DNA from: Candidatus Woesearchaeota archaeon
Lineage (GTDB): Archaea > Nanobdellota > Nanobdellia > Woesearchaeales > GW2011-AR9
Direction of reading: 5' to 3'
DNA length: 64,000 bases
Assembly: GCA_018696595.1 (NCBI GenBank)
Contig: JABHQW010000008.1
Span: forward strand, 288,001-352,000
Below are positions 56,178 to 64,000 of the stretch, piece by piece. Below the pieces are notes generated by a model. It made no database searches and had not been told where the DNA came from. It saw nothing but the letters and a program-made list of their open reading frames with translations. The position numbers and the translations under genes were made by a program. The stretch's first letter is position 1, and every line of letters begins with the position of its first letter.

Positions 56178-56254
56178 TAAAAGCACTACCACCAATGGAG
56201 GCGCATTTTGGAGTGTAACGACAAAATCTCGGGCGCCGTGCCGTAGTGCTTTTA
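56178..56254 (+). repeat. Dispersed structured hairpin element, copy 2
   Basis: TAAAAGCACTAC:GTAGTGCTTTTA; core CAC-CAATGGA-GGCGC-ATTTTG...CAAAAT-CTCGG-GCGCC-GTG (compensatory change relative to the other copies). Confidence 0.85.
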
Positions 56255-56306
56255 GTTGCTTTAAATAAGCAAATATTTTTATATTCTCTTTCTTTTTATT
56301 CTTATT

Positions 56307-56498
56307 ATGGACATATTATCACCAATCGGAATTATTGTAATCGCTTTGTTAGTAGTTGTTTCTGCTAGCTTCCTTTCTAAAATTCTCAAGGTGGTATTCT
56401 ATTTATTATTGATAGCTTTCGTATTGGTTGTGTTGTTTGGTATCTCTTACAACGATTTGTTGGGTTGGGCTTATGGGATTGTGCTGTGGGCGTTTTAA
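56307..56498 (+). CDS. Small two-TM membrane protein
   Basis: 63 aa, almost entirely hydrophobic, fills the gap before rfcS. Confidence 0.6.
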   Translation: MDILSPIGIIVIALLVVVSASFLSKILKVVFYLLLIAFVLVVLFGISYNDLLGWAYGIVLWAF

Positions 56499-56549
56499 AT
56501 ATTCTCTAAACAAGTAAAACTTATAAAGAATTAAGTTCCTAGTATTTTT

Positions 56550-57506
56550 ATGACTTCATCTATTTGGACAGAAAAGTACAGACCGCAAACTTTTGAAGAA
56601 GTTAAGGGTCAGAATGAGATTGTAAATAAAATTAAAGCATTTGTTTCTACAGGAAGTATGCCTCATTTATTATTTTCCGGGCCAGCAGGTGTAGGAAAAA
56701 CAACTCTCTCTTTAGTAATTGCTAAACAACTGTTCGGAGAATCTTGGAGACAAAACACTTTAGAATTAAATGCTTCTGATGAAAGAGGAATTGATGTTAT
56801 CAGAGTTAAAGTTAAAGATTTTGCTCGAACAAAAGCAATCGGCGATGTACCTTTCAAATTGATTTATTTAGATGAGTCAGATGCTTTAACAAAAGAAGCA
56901 CAGCAAGCTCTAAGAAGAACCATGGAGAACTATACTAGAACTTGCAGATTTATTTTGTCATGTAATTATTCTTCAAAGATTATTGATCCAATTCAATCAA
57001 GGTGTGCAGTGTTTAGATTTAGACCTCTTGCAGAAGAAGACATTTATCAGATGATTGATAAGTTATCTACAGATGAAGGCTTAACTGTTTCTGAAGAGGC
57101 TAAGAAGGCTTTATTTGAGGTATCTAATGGCGATTGTCGAAGACTTGAGAATGTAATGCAATCTTGTGCTGTAATCAAAAAAGATTTGGATGGAGAATTA
57201 GTTTATTCTATGGCTTCTGTCGCTAAACCAAAAGAGGTTAAAGAATTGTTAGAAGTTGCTGCTAAAGGGGATTTCATTTCTTCACGTAAGAAACTTCTTG
57301 ACTTAATGTTAAATTATGGTTTGTCTGGCTTAGATGTGATTAAACAGATTCAAAGAGAAATTTGGAACTTAGAATTGTTTGATGAGAAGAAAGTTGAGTT
57401 GATTGACAAATGTGGAGAAGTAGAGTTTCGAATGTCTGAAGGATCAGATGAGTATGTGCAATTAGAAGCTTTTCTGGCGTTCGTTGTTATGGTTGGTAGT
57501 AAGTAG
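56550..57506 (+). CDS. rfcS: Replication factor C small subunit (no intein)
   Basis: WTEKYRP, GPAGVGKTT, ELNASDERGI, LDESD, SRC. Confidence 0.98.
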   Translation: MTSSIWTEKYRPQTFEEVKGQNEIVNKIKAFVSTGSMPHLLFSGPAGVGKTTLSLVIAKQLFGESWRQNTLELNASDERGIDVIRVKVKDFARTKAIGDVPFKLIYLDESDALTKEAQQALRRTMENYTRTCRFILSCNYSSKIIDPIQSRCAVFRFRPLAEEDIYQMIDKLSTDEGLTVSEEAKKALFEVSNGDCRRLENVMQSCAVIKKDLDGELVYSMASVAKPKEVKELLEVAAKGDFISSRKKLLDLMLNYGLSGLDVIKQIQREIWNLELFDEKKVELIDKCGEVEFRMSEGSDEYVQLEAFLAFVVMVGSK

Positions 57507-57536
57507 TTTTATATATTATTTTAATTTCTTTATCAT

Positions 57537-58724
57537 ATGAAGTTTGATAACCTTACTAAAATAAAACTAGTGTATTTCTTCAAATCATTATTCTTCTTTT
57601 CGCCAATTATCACTCTCTTTTATTTCTCTCGTGGCTTAGATACGTTTCAAGTAGTTTCTTTAGAAGCCATCTTAATAATTTCTGTGCTACTAATGGAAGT
57701 TCCAACTGGAATTATTGCAGATAAGATTGGCAGAAAGTATTCTTTATCAATCCTAACTTTCTTTTATGTAATAGGAAACATTTGGACCATTTATGCTCAC
57801 TCTTATCGAGAATTTATTTTTATTGAGATCCTGTTTGGAATTGGAATCGCTTTTGGTTCTGGAGCAATAGAAGCGTTAGTTTATGATTCTCTTAAGTATC
57901 AAAAGAAAGAACGAACCATGGGCAAGGTCTGGGGCTCAATTAATTCTTATGCTTTAGTTGCGGGCGTTTTTGCGGTTACGTTAGGCGGATATTTGGCTAG
58001 GTCGCATGATTCAGATTCCTTTGTTCTATTACTTTGGCTTTATACGATCGGAGCAGTAATTGCTTTTATAATTTCATTATTTGTTACAGAAAGGAAACAC
58101 GAGAAAGATATTGTTAGAAAAAGTCCGCTATTATTGTTTAAAGAATCAACAGTTCATATTCTTGAAAATAAATCTTTGAGAAGAATAATTCTTCTTTCTG
58201 TGTTTACGCTTCCATTTACACATGTAATCTTATTTTTGTTTCAACCATATTTTTTAATGGCCAATGTCAATAATGCTTTATTTGGGGTGGCTATGGCTAT
58301 TGGGTCTGTTTTAGGTTTTTTCTTAATGAAATATGCTTACAAAATTGAAAGAAGGTTTGGAGTTAGCAAAACAATGTTTGTTGCTACTATCTTGCCCGGA
58401 TTATTATATTTAGTGATGGCTTTCTTTATTGGTCCTTGGTTATCTTTTACTTGGTACGTCTTACAAAAAGGTTTTATGAAGATTAGATGGCCTTTATTTT
58501 CACAGTATCAAAATACACATATTAAGAGTTACAATCGAGCCACCGTTTTGTCAGTAATTTCAATGATTGTTTCTTTATACTTAGGAATCATGCGTTTAGT
58601 TCTTGGAAAGATTGCTAATTACGATTTGATTACTTCATTTGTTGTTATGGGCGTAATTATTGTTGTTGGTGCAATCGCTTTCAGAATTAATGAAGGGCAC
58701 GTTAATGGTTCTGAGAGTGGATAA
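57537..58724 (+). CDS. MFS transporter
   Basis: EVPTGIIADKIGRK (motif A-like), SGAIEALVYDSL; 12 TM helices. Confidence 0.92.
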   Translation: MKFDNLTKIKLVYFFKSLFFFSPIITLFYFSRGLDTFQVVSLEAILIISVLLMEVPTGIIADKIGRKYSLSILTFFYVIGNIWTIYAHSYREFIFIEILFGIGIAFGSGAIEALVYDSLKYQKKERTMGKVWGSINSYALVAGVFAVTLGGYLARSHDSDSFVLLLWLYTIGAVIAFIISLFVTERKHEKDIVRKSPLLLFKESTVHILENKSLRRIILLSVFTLPFTHVILFLFQPYFLMANVNNALFGVAMAIGSVLGFFLMKYAYKIERRFGVSKTMFVATILPGLLYLVMAFFIGPWLSFTWYVLQKGFMKIRWPLFSQYQNTHIKSYNRATVLSVISMIVSLYLGIMRLVLGKIANYDLITSFVVMGVIIVVGAIAFRINEGHVNGSESG

Positions 58725-58756
58725 AATATATAAATGGAAAAGATAGGGATTATAAA

Positions 58757-59545
58757 ATGACAGAAAAAATATACTTCCACAATTCAAAGAAGCAAAAGTT
58801 ATGTGGGGTCCTAGAAGAACCTAAGCAAAGTAAAGAAGAAATTGTTATTCTTGTTCATGGATATAGTTCTAATAAAGAAGGTAAAACAACATCAGACATG
58901 GCTAAAGAATTGACGACAAGAGGGATGAATAGTTTTAGAATTGATTTGGATGGTTGTGGCGAATCAGAAGGATACTTCGCTGAACAGACAGTAACAAGCA
59001 TGGCAGACGATATTGTTTCTGCGATTAAGTTTGTTGAAAGTTTAGGTTACGAGAATATTGATTTAATGGGGGCTAGTGGCGGTGCAATCTCAAGTATGGT
59101 TGCGGTTTTACAATGTCCCCAAATTAGAAAACTAGCATTAAAATCTCCAACATTTGATTATGTTGAACAAAGAAGAAAAAGTTATGGTGAAGAAAAAATA
59201 AAAAAATGGAAAGAGAAAGGCCATTTAATGATTGAAAAAAGTAGAGGCACTTTAAGGGTTGATTACTCCTTCTTTGAAGATGCACACAATCATATTATGT
59301 ATGATAAAGTTAAAAATATTAGTTGTCCTGTTTTGATGATTCATGGTGATGCTGATGAAGTAGTTGATATTAAACAGAGTAAAAAGGCAGTAAATAATTT
59401 TCCTAATGTTAAATTAATTATTTTTCATGGGGCTAATCATAATTTGGGTTTAGATGGAGATCGGTCTCTATCAAATAAACTATTTGCAGATTGGTTGGAA
59501 GGAAAAGAATTAATTGTTTCTGAACCACATTACTTTTACAATTAA
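58757..59545 (+). CDS. Alpha/beta hydrolase
   Basis: HG, GCGESEG, GASGG nucleophile elbow, IHGDADEVV, GANH. Confidence 0.92.
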   Translation: MTEKIYFHNSKKQKLCGVLEEPKQSKEEIVILVHGYSSNKEGKTTSDMAKELTTRGMNSFRIDLDGCGESEGYFAEQTVTSMADDIVSAIKFVESLGYENIDLMGASGGAISSMVAVLQCPQIRKLALKSPTFDYVEQRRKSYGEEKIKKWKEKGHLMIEKSRGTLRVDYSFFEDAHNHIMYDKVKNISCPVLMIHGDADEVVDIKQSKKAVNNFPNVKLIIFHGANHNLGLDGDRSLSNKLFADWLEGKELIVSEPHYFYN

Positions 59546-59591
59546 AACCTGGATAGAAAAAATAAATTAAAAAGAAAAAAATAAAAAAACT

Positions 59592-60488
59592 TTATTCAAC
59601 ACTCTCTTTGATTCTTAGAGTTTCCTGAATAATGTCTCTGTATTTGTAAGAAATTGTTAACCCTAACTGCTTAGTTGCTAAAGTTCCTTCTGGTAACGCT
59701 TCTTTTAACTTACAGATTATTTCTGCTTCGCCGTTAATTAAACGAGCTTCTCCCAACTTGCCACCTTGTTTACATTCCCAATTAATATCATCAATAGCGT
59801 AAGCCACTCTTTCCTGAACTCCAAAGTCGTCTCCTGGCTTAGTTACTTTACCACTGCCAACATTACTTACTTTAATCTTCAAAGCCATAATACCTTTACC
59901 AGCAGTACTTTCTTCCACACTAGTAATTGTAATTGGTGCACCAGAAACAAAATAAGTTTTTGCTCCATCTATTGTACAAACACGGTCGTCAGTTAAATCT
60001 TCTTTTAAACAAACTTCCGGAACGATCAAATAAGTTTCATAATTGTAATCAAAGTTTGCAAACCATTCTCTGTCAATAGCTCCATTAACTGGTTGACTAT
60101 ATTTTGCATCTGAAGAAAATGTTAAAGTTTCTTCTCCACCGATAGTTAAAAGTTCAGAAACAGTTTCAATTGTTCCAGCATTTTTTAATGCTAGTGAAGG
60201 AATTCCTGTGAAGTCCATAGAAGGTCCTTTTAATTCCACAGTAATGTCTCCTGGTTGAATCTCATATTCTCCTTTGTTGTTCAGAGTAACTTCAATAGGA
60301 ATTGTTTCTGCATCAAAAATACTATAAACTCCGTCTTCTACAACTCCGAATGGTTCGAAGGTAGCCATTATTCCTTGTGTTCCGCCAATGAATGCTCCAC
60401 TACCTGCTGTTGTAGTTGTGTCTTCACCATCACATCCTACTAATAGAATTGCACTAATCAATAAAATTGCTAAAATTATTCGTTTCAT
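59592..60488 (-). CDS. Putative lipoprotein (lipobox LVGC), paralog of 32423..33295
   Basis: GTQGIMATF, NNKG, VCL..C, GAPITI, VSNVGSG, ISYKY. Confidence 0.72.
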   Translation of the reverse strand: MKRIILAILLISAILLVGCDGEDTTTTAGSGAFIGGTQGIMATFEPFGVVEDGVYSIFDAETIPIEVTLNNKGEYEIQPGDITVELKGPSMDFTGIPSLALKNAGTIETVSELLTIGGEETLTFSSDAKYSQPVNGAIDREWFANFDYNYETYLIVPEVCLKEDLTDDRVCTIDGAKTYFVSGAPITITSVEESTAGKGIMALKIKVSNVGSGKVTKPGDDFGVQERVAYAIDDINWECKQGGKLGEARLINGEAEIICKLKEALPEGTLATKQLGLTISYKYRDIIQETLRIKESVE

Positions 60489-60582
60489 CTTATCTTACCT
60501 CTTTTAATTATAATTATATTGGAAAAGAATATTGACATATATAAAGTTTACTCATTGTCTGTGTAGTCAAGTCTTCTGTGTT

Positions 60583-60708
60583 AGCAAAAGCATTACCGCC
60601 AATGGAGGCACATTTTGTTCATTTTTTATTTAATGAAAAGCACGAAACAACGTGAAGTGGCTAAAATTAATGGACAAAATCTTAGGTGCCGTGCGTAATG
60701 CTTTTGCT
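60583..60708 (+). repeat. Dispersed structured hairpin element, copy 3 (expanded apical loop)
   Basis: AGCAAAAGCATTAC:GTAATGCTTTTGCT; core CGC-CAATGGA-GGCAC-ATTTTGTTCATT...AATGGACAAAAT-CTTAG-GTGCC-GTG. Confidence 0.85.
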
Positions 60709-60769
60709 CAATTAATTAATATTTAATAGAATTTTAACTTAATGATGCAAACAGCAATTCCATAGAAAT

Positions 60770-61738
60770 TCATTGTCCTAGTGGTGAAGCAACAATTTTA
60801 AGCGGTTGAGTATAAGAGTCAATGTAAGAATAATCAAATTTTACTTGTAAAATTGTTTCATAAGCGTTACTATTGCCAATGTTGTTAGAAGTACAAACAA
60901 TCTTGCCCTGGTTATTTGTTAAACGAACTTTATGATTTAATGGTTTACAGTTTAATGGTGATCCATCATTTAGTGAAACTTCAAACTCAACCACATCTAA
61001 ATCTTTATATTCTAAAGATGCGCCACCACAATTTTGAATGTTTGCCCCATAATCTAAAACTCGGCCACCGCCGTTATTAACAACATTAATTTCAAAGATG
61101 GCTTTATCTCCAATCATATCTACGCCGACATAACTTACTCCTACTGGTGCTCCTTGGCCGCCGCCCATTCCTACATCGTGTGGGATACAAGCTTTCTGTT
61201 CAGAAGTGATTTGATAAAATAAAGGATCAATACAAACTTGCGGATTCGCAGTTGTAGTGTAACGATAACAAGTTAAAAAGTTTAATACTGGATTATATTC
61301 AAAAACATCTGTTGGTAAGTTTACGTTTGGTGAGGTGAACTGAATCACATTAGTTGCTCCTAATGTATTATATACATTTTTTCCTTCCAAAACACCCATG
61401 TTTGCAGCACAAGGGATACTATTTGTAAAACTTCCACTGATTATACTTTTATCAAATCCCGTAACTTGAATATAACAATCAGGAATTTCAATATCATCAT
61501 TTCCTTTATTGTGAACTTCAACCATTGCAATTAATTCATTATCATCATAAATTAAAGCAGGGGGTTGATTTTGAATAATTTGAATTTCTACTCCTTGTGT
61601 TCCAGTTTGAACTGCTGTTAATGCTGCAGCAGTATCTTGTGGTTTTTCTCCTGCTGGAATCGCGCCACCACAAGAACTAAGAAATAAAGCTAGAATCACT
61701 AGTACTGAACATAACGTTAAACTCACACTCTTTTTCAT
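60770..61738 (-). CDS. Putative lipoprotein (lipobox LSSC), paralog of 32423..33295
   Basis: Start moved to ATG 61738 (MKKSVSL...LFLSSC); GTQGVEI..NQPP, HNKG, VCIDP, GAPVGV, VNNGGG, FDYSY. Confidence 0.75.
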   Translation of the reverse strand: MKKSVSLTLCSVLVILALFLSSCGGAIPAGEKPQDTAAALTAVQTGTQGVEIQIIQNQPPALIYDDNELIAMVEVHNKGNDDIEIPDCYIQVTGFDKSIISGSFTNSIPCAANMGVLEGKNVYNTLGATNVIQFTSPNVNLPTDVFEYNPVLNFLTCYRYTTTANPQVCIDPLFYQITSEQKACIPHDVGMGGGQGAPVGVSYVGVDMIGDKAIFEINVVNNGGGRVLDYGANIQNCGGASLEYKDLDVVEFEVSLNDGSPLNCKPLNHKVRLTNNQGKIVCTSNNIGNSNAYETILQVKFDYSYIDSYTQPLKIVASPLGQ

Positions 61739-61802
61739 AATTCTAAATAAAAGAAATTGATTATATAAGCTTTTCGCTGTCTTGAACTGAAATTTTAATG
61801 GA

Positions 61803-61976
61803 CTACGTTCGGAATAGAAGACATTTGTATACTGCGTGCCGGCGCGTGGATTTTGTGAGTAGCGCCAAATGAGGCACATTTTTTGACTAAAAGTCAAAAA
61901 ATCTCGGGTGCCGTGTCCTACTCGCAAAATGCGCCTATTGCAGGCAGTATACAAAATAGTGTTATTCCGAACGTAG
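61803..61976 (+). repeat. Dispersed structured hairpin element, copy 4 (rod-like, nested)
   Basis: CTACGTTCGGAATA:TATTCCGAACGTAG, TTTGTATACTGC:GCAGTATACAAA, ATTTTGTGAGTAG:CTACTCGCAAAAT; core CGC-CAAATGA-GGCAC-ATTTTTTGACT-AAA-AGTCAAAAAAT-CTCGG-GTGCC-GTG. Confidence 0.88.
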
Positions 61977-62046
61977 CCCTCTGCAATGAAAACAATTATA
62001 AAGAGAAGTCTGTTTTTCCTGCTCAGTCAAATGGGAGGATAGCAAA

Positions 62047-62283
62047 ATGGCAAAATTCAAAATATTACACTTTAAAGAAGAATGTATCAGTTGTGGTGCT
62101 TGTGCAGCGATTTGTCCAGAATTCTGGGAAATGGATGGCGAAGGAATGGCACAATTAAAAGAATCTAAACAAGTTGGGGATCATTGGGAGAGAATCATTG
62201 ATACAGAAGATGCACGGTCAAGAAATCAAGAAGCGGTTGATGCTTGTCCAGTTACAGTAATAAAGTTAGAAGAATTAGAATAA
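62047..62283 (+). CDS. Single-cluster ferredoxin
   Basis: CISCGACAAICP...ACP; GGAGG RBS. Confidence 0.93.
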   Translation: MAKFKILHFKEECISCGACAAICPEFWEMDGEGMAQLKESKQVGDHWERIIDTEDARSRNQEAVDACPVTVIKLEELE

Positions 62284-62317
62284 TTTTTAAACTCTTTCTT
62301 ATTTATTATATTTAATT

Positions 62318-62794
62318 ATGCAAAAGCTAATAATCTTAAATACCAGAAAAGTTAAGAAAATCAAAGAAATTCTTATCAAACAGTTTGGTTTCTTTCCTAA
62401 ACATGATTATGCTTTCTTACAGAATGAGAAAAATCGTATTTTTATGGTTAACAAGGATTTTGGAAGAATCGATCTAGATAAGCTTAGAATTGATCGATTT
62501 GGGCTTTATTTCGCCGAACATAAAGATAATCATGTCCGCTTAAGTAAAGAAGGGGCACAATTCTTGGCCAGAATGGCTAAAGAAGAGAAGAAGGAACTTG
62601 AGAATGTTTTTGAGCTAGACGAACCTGAAATGAGAACATATTTTAAAGGCCAAGATCTAATTAAAGACCTGGGTTCAGAGGCAAGGTTAATTTTGCTAAA
62701 ATACAAAAAAGACATCTTTGGGTGTGCTAAATATAAAGAAGGAAAGATTCTCAATTTTCTTCCAAAAATCCATCGGGGAGAAGTAATTCTTTAA
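62318..62794 (+). CDS. Stand-alone PUA-like protein (NIP7 / RsmF-Nop2-associated domain)
   Basis: GLYFAE...RLSKEGAQ, Y.KGQDL, G.AKY..GKILNFLPK..R. Confidence 0.7.
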   Translation: MQKLIILNTRKVKKIKEILIKQFGFFPKHDYAFLQNEKNRIFMVNKDFGRIDLDKLRIDRFGLYFAEHKDNHVRLSKEGAQFLARMAKEEKKELENVFELDEPEMRTYFKGQDLIKDLGSEARLILLKYKKDIFGCAKYKEGKILNFLPKIHRGEVIL

Positions 62795-62902
62795 ATTTTA
62801 AGCTTATTCTAAATTTATTAATCACTTATTAGTAGAAATTATCGAAAGGTTTATAAGTGTGTTGTCATCTAACAGTAGAAAATCGCGATAAATAAAATAA
62901 AA

Positions 62903-64000
62903 ATGGAGAAAAATAAAATGATGGCCAAAAATATATTAACAAGTTTGTTGTTAGGTGTATTGTTTTTAGGTTTGTTTAGTTTTACTGGTTTAGCTAATCC
63001 TCAGGAAAGTTTGTCTGCTGATTTAGCTAATCTGGAAAACAGTTTTGAACAAGCAGAAAGCGAATATCAACAGCTAACAAATGAGTATGCTCAGTTAGAA
63101 GTTAGTAATAAAGAAGAAATTAAAAGTTTACTAAATTCTTTAGTTCTTATTAGAAAATCTACTGAAGATGTTAAAAAAACATCAGTAGCAAAAGAATTTG
63201 ATGCTATTGGTATAGACCAAACATTAAAACTAAAATTTAATGATTTAGTTGTTAAGTCTGACGCATTAATTGTAAAGATTATTTCTTTTGAAGAACAATT
63301 AGTTAAAGATATGAATGCTTTTTTGTTACAAGAATTAACAAGTCAATATGATTCTTTCGTAGAAAAGAAAGAAGAAATTCATAAAAAAATAGTTCTTGAC
63401 GTTTTCTTTTACCTTAAAGAAGCAGAAAAAGGAGAATTAAGCTTTGAAAAAGGAATAGAAACCGTGGATAATGCTGAAATGATTATGGAAATGATTGTTT
63501 CATTACATAAAGAGATTAGTTCTAGTTTAGAAGATGTTTCTGAAGATTTAGCAGAACAAGAAGTTGTAGAGAAAACAGAAGCCTTGGTAACTTTAATGGA
63601 AGGGTATGGTTCTGCAGTTATGGAGTACAAATCACAACTTAATAGCTATGTTTCGCAGATAGTTAATGAAGATGATTTAAACCATGTTCTGGATGACTTC
63701 ACAGTTCTCGCTGAAAACTTAGCAGAAGAATCTTTAAGTTTAAAAGAAGAAGTTGAAACAGCAATAGGAGAAACTGTTGTTGATGAAGAAGTTTTAAATG
63801 GACTTGTTGAAAAAGTTGAGTCTTATCAAGATAATGTGGACGACTTAAGTACAGACTTTGGTTCTTACTTTAACTTAGTTAAGTCTTTTGATGATAAAAC
63901 AGTCTATGGCCATTTTTACTCTTTTTATTACGGAGAAATTAAGGATTTATACGTGCAAGGACAAATGTTGGAGAAATCCTTAGATGAATACATGAATCCA
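62903..64000 (+). CDS. Secreted acidic helical/coiled-coil protein (3' end runs off the window)
   Basis: Not in ORF track; open frame from ATG 62903 (MEKNKMMAKNILTSLLLGVLFLGLFSFTGLA-NPQ) with no stop before the window end. Confidence 0.8.
   Translation, partial: MEKNKMMAKNILTSLLLGVLFLGLFSFTGLANPQESLSADLANLENSFEQAESEYQQLTNEYAQLEVSNKEEIKSLLNSLVLIRKSTEDVKKTSVAKEFDAIGIDQTLKLKFNDLVVKSDALIVKIISFEEQLVKDMNAFLLQELTSQYDSFVEKKEEIHKKIVLDVFFYLKEAEKGELSFEKGIETVDNAEMIMEMIVSLHKEISSSLEDVSEDLAEQEVVEKTEALVTLMEGYGSAVMEYKSQLNSYVSQIVNEDDLNHVLDDFTVLAENLAEESLSLKEEVETAIGETVVDEEVLNGLVEKVESYQDNVDDLSTDFGSYFNLVKSFDDKTVYGHFYSFYYGEIKDLYVQGQMLEKSLDEYMNP

Noticed and set aside
56178-56254. Hairpin family as hammerhead, HDV-like, twister or fluoride riboswitch
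   Set aside because: CAAUGGA/CAAAUGA only loosely resembles CUGAUGA and there is no GAAA or third stem; no HDV P1/P1.1/J4-2 arrangement on either strand; the fluoride CUGAUG/ACUCC 3' half is absent.
56550-57506. Intein in RFC small subunit (a frequent archaeal intein host)
   Set aside because: Protein is normal length (318 aa) with contiguous motifs.
60583-60708. Canonical integron attC site or tRNA-splicing BHB motif
   Set aside because: No RYYYAAC/GTTRRRY ends and no integrase in the window; bulge and helix sizes (7/5/5) do not match the 3-4-3 BHB.
61739-61954. 72-aa N-terminal extension of the 60770 lipoprotein in the ORF track
   Set aside because: Runs through a promoter and hairpin copy 4; a signal peptide with lipobox starts at ATG 61738.
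4646-61976. Hairpin family as CRISPR array or classical MITE
   Set aside because: Copies are dispersed, not regularly spaced with spacers; termini are not conserved between copies and no target-site duplications are visible.

Overview
An AT-rich archaeal chromosome segment, most likely from a DPANN/Nanobdellota lineage (Woesearchaeota-like; the lineage is an inference). It carries the archaeal L3-to-SecY ribosomal superoperon (without adk or cmk), L34e-L14e, S3Ae, PheS/PheT, Nop5/fibrillarin, Cbf5, pelota, aIF-1A, NAC, Sec61beta, RFC-small, a TrmB-family regulator and an RNase P RNA missing from the ORF track (50953-51280, minus). No tRNA, rRNA, CRISPR array, transposase or integrase was seen. 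The most striking unexplained signal is a family of four dispersed intergenic hairpin elements (4646-4726, 56178-56254, 60583-60708, 61803-61976). They share a core: 7-nt bulge CAATGGA/CAAATGA, helix GGCAC:GTGCC, opposite-strand bulge, ATTTT:AAAAT stem. One copy has a compensatory base change, G-U wobbles favour the + strand, and outer stems differ in sequence but each pairs with itself. One copy appears nested inside an inverted copy. Other notable items: a secreted protein ending in an apparent transmembrane beta-barrel; bacterial-type LspA and GpsA beside a family of lipobox-bearing surface paralogs; a GCS2 ligase + class II glutamine amidotransferase pair next to a catalytically dead C39-like peptidase; a membrane-anchored NagZ-like GH3; and a possible ADP-ribosyltransferase-fold protein. 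All family assignments come from motif recognition by eye; no database search or folding was run.
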